Of a stretch of DNA of 28,512 bases, positions 20,151 to 28,512 are shown piece by piece (the first letter of the stretch is position 1; each line of letters opens with the position of its first letter). The position numbers were made by a program, and so were the translations under genes. This DNA is from Thecamonas trahens ATCC 50062. Its lineage: Eukaryota; Protista; Apusomonadida. The notes beneath the pieces were generated by a model that searched no databases, had not been told where the DNA came from, and was given only the letters and a program-made list of their open reading frames with translations. The stretch spans positions 210,905-239,416 of the forward strand of contig NW_013657619.1 in the NCBI RefSeq assembly GCF_000142905.1. The letters are read 5' to 3'.

Positions 20151-21765
20151 CAGCCGGCACCATCGGAGAGGTGATCAACTGCTGCACCCAGCCTTACCCC
20201 CCCCGACTCGATCGACCGCTCCCGTTCTTGACAGCCCCAACTGCGACCCCCCTCCGACCCGTTCCACCGCCGACCAGGTCTCACGGGGCTGCTGGGCTCG
20301 ATGCAGTGGCTACGCGCTTGCGAGTCAGCGTGGTGACCAAATCGAGGCAATCCCGGGCCGAGCAGCTGCCGCCAAGGTGAGCCTCGACGAGGACGTAGCG
20401 ATCGGACAGACGCGGATGAAATGGACGAGGTCACGGCGGGATGTGGTGTTGTGACAGAAGCGTCGATGTGCCAGGGTGGTTGGCGCATGATCAGAGAATG
20501 AGCCCGTTGCTGGGTTTGACGGCGCTGTTGACGACGAGCGTGAGCGCCGGGGGCGCAGCGGATGAGGTTGTCGCGGGCGATGCGGCGGCTGATGACGACT
20601 TTGGTGAGTGAAGCTGATGGCGACGACGTCAGAGTTGGTCTTCTGCGAGGCACGGCGGACGGATGGACACGATTGTCGGCAAGGGGGGAGCGACGATGCT
20701 GGCGTGATTGTGCGGTCTCGACACTCCTGCTGCGATGCCGTCGCAGCTCGGTGACTGCGCCTGGCTTTTTGATTGTTAGTATTGTTAGAGCCTTCATCCA
20801 ACGGATAGCGGTAGAGAGTGGTGTGAAAGGGTGGTGCTGTCTGCGTCATGGAAGATGGGATCGGGCTGATGGCCATGGTCCTCCGTACGGCTGTTGCTGT
20901 GGGGGCTTGTGTTCAGAGTATCTAGGGCGAGGGAGGGTGAGGGAGCGATCGGCCAGTCGTATGCAAGTTGAGATGGCGATGGAATGCGGGCATCAGCTTT
21001 GTTGAGTGCACAGTGGGGGTTCATAGCAGCCACCTCGCCGACGAGGGATCGGCGGTCGTCCGACTCGGGGGAGGTGAGGCCCATGGGACCGGGGTCGTTT
21101 GTGGTTGGCTTTTAGCGTCGGCCTTGGGGGCGTCGGACGGGTGGCTGAGGAGGGGCTTGGAGGCCGAGGCGAGGGTGAGGCGGTAGATCGGGCTGGAGAG
21201 GATGTCCAGCATACGTGTGTGTATGTGGGCCGTGTGCTCGTTGGCTGGGAGCTGACACGGCATGTGCGGCTTGGGTGTGGCGATGGGAGGGGGGATGGCT
21301 GGTGTCCGACTGCGGCATGGATGTGGTGAGAGTGTGCGCGATCTGGCGACGACGAGTCTGTGGAGGGGTGATGGCATGTGCTCGCTGTCGTCGAGCGACC
21401 GGATGTCCCATTCGTCTGGGCGGAGCAGGGCAGGGCGTTGTTGCTTCCGCTGTTAGCTTGATGGCGAGCTGGAACCCCAGCGCGCTCTTGACGAAGAACG
21501 ACGACGTTGCATCGACTGCCAGGGCGGTGGTGTCCAAGCTGCAGCACGGCTGTGGTGGACGGAGCGTGGTCGGCTTGCTTGTTTGCCCAGCCCATGAAGG
21601 GCGTAGCAGACGTCATGCCAGCGGTACCGTCGGCGAGGATGACGATGGGGTTGGCGTCAGCAGCACTCGGCTGCGAGCGAGGGTGGGGTCGGTGGCAGTC
21701 GGCATGCGCAACGCCTCGATGGCAGATGTCAGATTGCGGCCGCGGGGCGTGAGCCGAGGGTGCGG

Positions 21766-22236
21766 NNNNNNNNNNNNNNNNNNNNNNNNNNNNNNNNNNN
21801 NNNNNNNNNNNNNNNNNNNNNNNNNNNNNNNNNNNNNNNNNNNNNNNNNNNNNNNNNNNNNNNNNNNNNNNNNNNNNNNNNNNNNNNNNNNNNNNNNNNN
21901 NNNNNNNNNNNNNNNNNNNNNNNNNNNNNNNNNNNNNNNNNNNNNNNNNNNNNNNNNNNNNNNNNNNNNNNNNNNNNNNNNNNNNNNNNNNNNNNNNNNN
22001 NNNNNNNNNNNNNNNNNNNNNNNNNNNNNNNNNNNNNNNNNNNNNNNNNNNNNNNNNNNNNNNNNNNNNNNNNNNNNNNNNNNNNNNNNNNNNNNNNNNN
22101 NNNNNNNNNNNNNNNNNNNNNNNNNNNNNNNNNNNNNNNNNNNNNNNNNNNNNNNNNNNNNNNNNNNNNNNNNNNNNNNNNNNNNNNNNNNNNNNNNNNN
22201 NNNNNNNNNNNNNNNNNNNNNNNNNNNNNNNNNNNN
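21766..22236. other. Assembly gap (N run)
   Basis: Run of n. Confidence 1.
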
Positions 22237-23445
22237 TGTTTGGGCTGGGACTGGGATGGGTGGTGTGTAGGTAGGTGATGGTTGATGGCGGGGTGTGGGT
22301 GATGAGGTTGTGTGATCAGGTGAGAATTTGTGATCAATGGCTGGCTGGGGTGGTGGGGATGGGGATGTGGGTATGGCGAGCAAGTGGATGTGGATGCATG
22401 CGCATGTGTGTGTGTGGGGGGGGATGTGTATGGTGATGATGATGCTGGTGGTCGGCCTCGCGACGGCTGGCGAGTGATGGCAAGCGTGTCGAGGCTGGAC
22501 GGGTGTGGTGCAATAACCATAATCACCCCCCAGACCCCGACCAACCAATTCCGACCAAGTGCGCCACCACACCACCCCATCACTCCCACCCACAATATCC
22601 ATCCCCACAGCCTCTGTTAATGCAGAGGGTTGTCAATTTCTGTGGCCAAACTCGTGGTGGGGAGAGAACTGCTATCACAATGTGTGAAAACAGTCAACTT
22701 CTCCCAACCCACCGAGGCGGGCAACCCCTCACGAGCACTGGCGTGGGTCCGGGCTCTGGCTCTACGGCCAGGGCGCGGGCGCAGGCTGAAGCTAACAGCG
22801 GCAGCGCATGATACCAGCTAGAGACCGCGGCGACTTGTCAAGCAAGACGGCGCGGCATGGCGGGAGAGTGGGCTTGTTGAGTTGCACTGATGGCTCTTGC
22901 GAGCTAGGACAGGGCAAGTGGAGGAAGGAGCCGGTTGAGCGGAGTGGCCAGGTCAAGCTGGTGCTGGGCGAGGCCGGGAGACCCGGGGCGTTGGGCAGGG
23001 GTTGTCGGAGGAAGCTCCGGCGGGCTCTGTGATGCGCTTGAAGAAGACCGGGGCTGAAACGAACTGTGGTTGAGAGAGAGCCAGCAGGGAGGAGCGGGGT
23101 GCAGAGATGTGCGTCGTTTGTTTCTTGTCGAAAGAGTACTTGACTTGAGTCGTAAGAAGCAGTGCGGAGGGACAGGGAAGATAAGAGACGACGACAGGCA
23201 ACCAACCATCAACGGGCCCAGGCCAAGGCAGGCGACGCCACACAAGACCCAGGGCAACACCATCGTCGAGCCAGCGCAGCGCAGCGGGGGGTCCAGGGGG
23301 GCGGCAGCCCCCTGGGGAGACAGACATCATCGGGATGCTGCGGATGATAGAGTACACCACCAACACCACCTCCCCCTTCCGTTGTTGTTGTTCTTCGTCT
23401 TGGACAATCCAGACTTGGGCCCGGCCACTGATCGAACTGTCACTC

Positions 23446-24380
23446 GTCAGTCAGTCAATCAATCAATCAATCACTCGGTTGGTTGGTCGGTCGGTCGGTC
23501 GGTGGGTGGGTCGGTCGGTCACTTGGGCAAGCAGAGGCTGGTTGCCCTCGAGTAGCAGAGGCCAGTCGGAGGAGTTGGGCCTGGCGCAAGCAATCATCAG
23601 CAGCACCAGCACCAGTACCGACAGTCAGGCTTTGGGGGTAGAGTAAGGGAGGGAGGGAGGGAGCAGGAGGGAGGAGGAGGGGGAGAGGGTAGATGATGAA
23701 GACAGGGAGAGGGGGAGGAAGAGTGGGGGGAGGAGAGGGAGAGGGAGAGCAAGAGTAAGAGGAAGAGAGAGAAGAGGGAGGAGAGCAAGAGCAAGAGCAA
23801 GAGCAAGAGCAAGAGCAAGAGCAAGAGGTAGGTTGATCATGTCAGGGTGGGCATGTGAGCTCATCAGGAGGCGAGGCGGGTGCCGGCGAGGCAGGTCGGT
23901 CCAACGCGCACGCAACGCCGACACCATCAAGACCACAAGCCAGCCAGCAACACTGGTCATGGTCGTTGCCGTCCACCTCTCACCCTCCCTCTCGTCGCGC
24001 TCCTCGTCGTCGTCCATCTCGCCGTGCCCGTCGTCAGCGCCGCCCCATCGGCAACTCGATCGCACTTGGGCCCGGTCAGTCATGGGGGAGAGCCTTGTCC
24101 TCGGCCAGCCAGACTTGGGCCCGGTCTTGATCAGCAGCGACGCAGGCGGGCGGCCGTAGCTGATGGCGTGGGCCCAGGCAGTTGTGGGCTGCGGGGCAGG
24201 TGGAGCGAGAGAAAACTCAGGCCAGGCCATGGTCATGGCTGGTTCATCGTCAGTCGGTGTCGGTGTCGGTGTCGGTGAGGGGGAGTGGGAGTGGGAGTGG
24301 GTGGGCGGCGGGCGGCGGGCGGCGGGCGGCGGGCGTGGTGGAGGTGGAGGAGGCGGCAACAACAACAACAACAACAACGA
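23446..24380. repeat. Microsatellite/low-complexity cluster: (TCAG/TCAA/TCGG)n, polypurine tract, (GAGCAA)n, (GTCGGT)n, (GGGAGT)n, (GGCGGCG)n, (AAC)n
   Basis: Seen at ~23446-23520, ~23640-23827 (GAGCAA x7 at ~23783-23827), ~24253-24335 and ~24358-24378. Confidence 0.9.
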
Positions 24381-25469
24381 CGACAATCACTCGCACCAGG
24401 TCAACTGTATCTGCCTCCCCTCCCACTCGCTCTTTTGCTCCCGCTCGCCCCTGCCATCCCGATCTCACGCCCTCATCCTCGACCTCAGCCTTGGCCCGCC
24501 CGCTCGCTCGCTCGCTCGCCTTGGCTATCGCTCACTTGGGCCCGCCCGGCAGCGATCCGGCGCCGATGGTCATCCACACCAGCTGCCTCCCTCCCGGCAT
24601 ATAGTTCATTCATCCCTCCCCCTCGTCACATCCCTCTCCTCCTCCTCCTCCCTCTCACTCCCCAGCAGTCGCAGCCTCGGCCTCAGCTACGACCACCGCC
24701 TCACCTCGTCGTCCGCCATCGCCACCAACACCGCCGCCGCCTCAACCATCACTCCCATCGCCAGCCATCACCATCACCCATCCCCATCCCCCATCACCAT
24801 CACCATCAACATCCTCATCATCAACCCAGCCATCGCCGCCTCAAGCTCATGCTTGCTCATCTCCAGCACCACCAGCAGCAGCACGGCGCCCATGCCGACG
24901 AGTGGCTGACCGACCAGTGGCTGGCCGTCACTCGACCACTCGCACCTCGCCCACAGCACCAGCCACCACCACCACCACCACACTCATCCCACTCCAGCCA
25001 TCTACACCCCCTCACCCTCACTCTCTGCCACTCCCCCGCATAGCCAGCCGCAGGTCGTGCTGGGCTTGCTCCGGCTCGCTCTGGCTTGGCTGCGGCTGGT
25101 CGGGCGGCCGGGCGAGCGAGCGGCGAGTTGCTGGCCAGCGAGCAGTCGAAGTCGACAGGCGACGGTACGTACGGCAGGACTCGGACTCGGGCAGCAGACC
25201 ACTGCACTCTTGTCAACCACCACTCCCTCCCTCCCTCCTCCCTCCCCTTCCTCGCCCTCTCCAGCCCACTGGCCCCGTCTGCCGTCGACGGTAGCGGCAA
25301 CGGCTCGACGGCAGCAGCAGCAGGCCGGGTGGTATTGGGATGGGCAAGGCGGGAGAGAGAGGGAGGTAGGGGGTGCAGCAAGGGCCTGATAGTCATCACC
25401 ACCCATGTCACTGCCCGCATGCACCTTCTCCCGTCCCGCATCCATGCCTACCTCGCTATGGGTGGCCCC

Positions 25470-28400
25470 GGTGGCGTGCCGGTTGGTGGGCGGCGGATGG
25501 CGCTGGTCGGCGGGCGGCGGTCGGCGGCAGGCAGCAGGCGGCCGGCAGCGATGCTGTTGACGGGCTGGTGTCGGCTGAGGTACGTCCACGCGGGCGGGGA
25601 TTGGATGGGTGAGGTTGCAGGGATGGTGGGCAGGTGTGGTGTGGGTGTGGTGGTTGTGGGTGAAGATGGTGGGGAGTGGGGGTCGGATATGGGCCCGGGG
25701 AGGGGGGTCAGCACCTTCGAAGGGACACAGGGCCAACAACTTGGGCCTGAGCCGGCAGAACTCGGATTCCGGAATACTGCAGCTATGGATTGGAGACTGT
25801 GCAAGGGGGTAGTGTGTGTATGTAGTAGAGTAGTAGTGAAATCAGATTGGGCATATCTTGCAATGAGTGTGGTGGGGGGCATGTGCGGGGTCGGGCGGTC
25901 GAGGACGTGCTCAACCACCTAGGGCAAACAAGTCGACGCGAAAGTGAGCCGAGGTCGATGGGTATCGATGACGGCGATATTGATACTGGTGCTAGTGTGG
26001 CATGTGTGATGACCTTGGGTGTGGTCGCGGGTTGCGTAGCTAGTGGTGGGAAGGAGCTAGGTGGTGATGAAGTTGGGCTGATCGGGCGAGCGGGCGGCGG
26101 CTGGCGGCTGGTGGTCAGCGAGGCGGGGGCAGCTGAGGGGCTGTGTCGAGGCTGGATGGCTCGAGATTGCTGTTGGTTGGTAGATGAGCAGTGAGGCATG
26201 TAATGATTGAGGGGTATGGGTGTCGAGGTCGGGGATGGGGATGGGGGTGAGCTGGAGTGAGGAGAGGAGGAGAAGGAGGAGGAAGAGGAAGCCGAGTGCG
26301 CGATGGGATGGTGGTGAGGATGGCCATAGCATGGGGTGGGAGTTGTGGCTGGGATGGAAGTGATGGTGGTGGGGTAGGGGGTGGGGGTGAAAGTTTGTGG
26401 TGACGGGTGGTAATGAGTATGGTAGGGGGGGATGAGGGGGGTCGTGACGTGGGTGACGGGACGGGCGAAGCGGTGGTGGATATGGCGATTGGGCTTAAGC
26501 ATTGATGACGGTGAGTATGTTACGGCTGATACGTGTGTATGGGGTGTGGTTGATGAGAGTGGAGGGGCTTGGGCGGCGAGGGGGAGGAGGGCGGACGGAT
26601 TGGATTGAGATGGATGTCGATGGAGACGATGGCTTGAGATTGCGGGGGAAGCAGCCAACTGCACTTTAGCCGGCCACTGCATTACCTATCGATTGCACTG
26701 GCCCTCTCTTGTTATTCCTTGTCCTGGCCAGCCCGGTGGCTTCGTCGTCTGGCTCGGCGGTCGGCAGCAGGGGCGGCTGGCGATGAGCAGGCCGGCGGGG
26801 GCTGTGATGGGCAAGGCCGGAGGAGGGAGGAAAGAAGTGGATTGGAGGGCAAACTGATAGGCATTGCCATTGATGTAGCTATCTCTATGCATCGTCTCCA
26901 ATGCCCTGTCGATGGCTAGCTTGATCTCGGTGGTGCCGGAGGTGTCGGTCGGCGGCGGGCGGCGGTCGGCGGTGAGCAGCCGGCGGTCGGCAGCGATGCT
27001 GTTGACGGGATGGCGTCGACTGATGTGAATATCGGCGGGCAGGAAGTGGATGGTTATGTTTGCAGGCATAGTGAGTACGTGTGGCGTGGGTGTGGTGGTT
27101 GTGGGTGGTGATGGTGGGGAGTGGGGGTCGGATATGGGCCCGCGGCAGGGGGGTCAGCACCTTCGAAGGGACACAGGGCCAACAACTTGGGCCTGAGCCG
27201 GCAGAACTCGGATTCTGGAATACTGCAGCTGTGGATTGGAGACTGTGCAAGGGGGTAGTGTGGGCGTGTAATAGGGTAGTAGTGAAATCAGATTGGGCAT
27301 ATCTTGCAATGAGGTTGGTGGGGGTTGTGTGCGGGGTCGGGCGGTCGAGGACGTGCTCAACCGCCTAGGCAAAACAAGCCGACGCGAAAGTGAGCCGAGG
27401 TCGATGGGTATCGATGATGGCGATATTGGTACTGGTGCTAGTGTGGCATGTGTGATGACCTTGGGTGTGGTCGCGGGTTGCGTAGCTAGTGGTGGGAAGG
27501 AGCTAGGTGGTGGTGAATGTGGGCCTGATCGGGCGAGCGGGCGGCGGCTGCCGGCTGGTGCCCGGCGAGGCGAGGGCTGCTGAGGGGGCGGGGTCGAGGC
27601 TGGGTGGCTTGAGATTGCTGTTGGTTGGTGGACAGGCAGAAAGGTATGTGGTGGTTGAGGGGTGGCGGTGTCGTGGGCGAGGATGAGGAAGGGGGTGAGA
27701 TGGAGCGGGGAGAGGAGGAGGATGAGGAGGAAGAGGAAGCCGAGTGCGCGATGGGATGGTGGTGGGCTTGGCCATGGCATGGGGGTGGGAGTTGTGGTCG
27801 AAATGAGAGTGGTAGTGGTGGAGTAGGGGTGAGGGTGGTGGTTGGTGGTGATGGCGCGTAATGAGTATGGTAGGGGGGGATGAGGGGGGTCGTGACGTGG
27901 GTGGCGGGACGGGCGAAGCGGTGGTGGATATGGCGAATGGGCTTGAGCATTGATGATGGTGAGTATGATACGGCTAATGGGTGTGTGTGGGGTGTGGTTG
28001 ATGAGGGTGGAGGGGCTTGGGCGGCAGAGGGGGAGGAGGGCGGACGGATTGGATTGAGATGGACGTCGATGGAGACGATGGCTTGGGATTGGAAGAGGAG
28101 GCAGACCACTGCACTCTAGCCCGCCACTGCATTGCCTATCGATTGCACTGGCCCTCTCTTGTTCTTCCCGTCCCTGGCCAGCCCGGTGGCTTCGTCGTCT
28201 GGCTCGGCGGTCGGCAGCAGGGGCGGCTGGCGATGAGCAGGCCGGCGGGGGCTGTGATGGGCAAGGCCGGAGAAGGGAGGGGAGGATTGGGTTGGAAAAC
28301 AGACTGGTAGTCATTGCCATCGCTGTGGCTATCTCTATGCATTGTCTCCAATGCCCTGTCGATGGCTAGCTTGCTCTTGGTGGTGCCGGCGGTGGTCGGT

Positions 28401-28512
28401 CAGCGGCGGGCGGCGGTCGGCGGCGAGCAGCCGGCGGTCGGCAGTGATGCTGTTGACGGGTTGGCGTCGGCTGATGTGCGTATCGGCGGGCAGGGAGTGG
28501 GTGGATATGTTT
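25470..28512 (+). repeat. ~1.45-kb G/T-rich tandem repeat, about 2.1 copies visible, continuing past the window end
   Basis: The anchor gatgctgttgacggg occurs at 25550, 26995 and 28446 (periods 1445 and 1451). Long shared blocks include ggggtcagcaccttcgaagggacacagggccaacaacttgggcctgagccggcagaactcggatt at ~25705 and ~27150. Confidence 0.95.

Noticed and set aside
22237-28512. Pro/His/Ser-rich ORFs up to 388 aa in the right-hand region
   Set aside because: Low-complexity translations of strand-skewed repeats; frames are not conserved between repeat copies.

Overview
GC-rich eukaryotic (protist-type) draft genomic sequence with three N gaps. Gene style suggests an apusomonad such as Thecamonas, but that is inference only. 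The left 17 kb is gene-dense. It holds a tandem pair of paralogous unknown genes with Cys/His zinc-finger-like repeats, a UBL-like/A20-zinc-finger protein, and a conventional 375-aa actin with one 83-nt GT-AG intron. A ~300-bp tandem duplication with SL-RNA-like features follows actin. Next come a ~1915-aa secreted-type receptor (14 FG-GAP repeats, GGA beta-helix repeats, Cys-rich repeats, ~9 TM) split by three -1 frameshifts, and an LRR-ankyrin-coiled-coil gene whose 78-bp LRR units are nearly identical except at hypervariable AAC-related codons. The right 11 kb holds a disrupted RNase III-like gene, a microsatellite cluster and a ~1.45-kb G-rich tandem repeat running off the window. No rRNA, tRNA, CRISPR array, transposase or reverse transcriptase was recognised.
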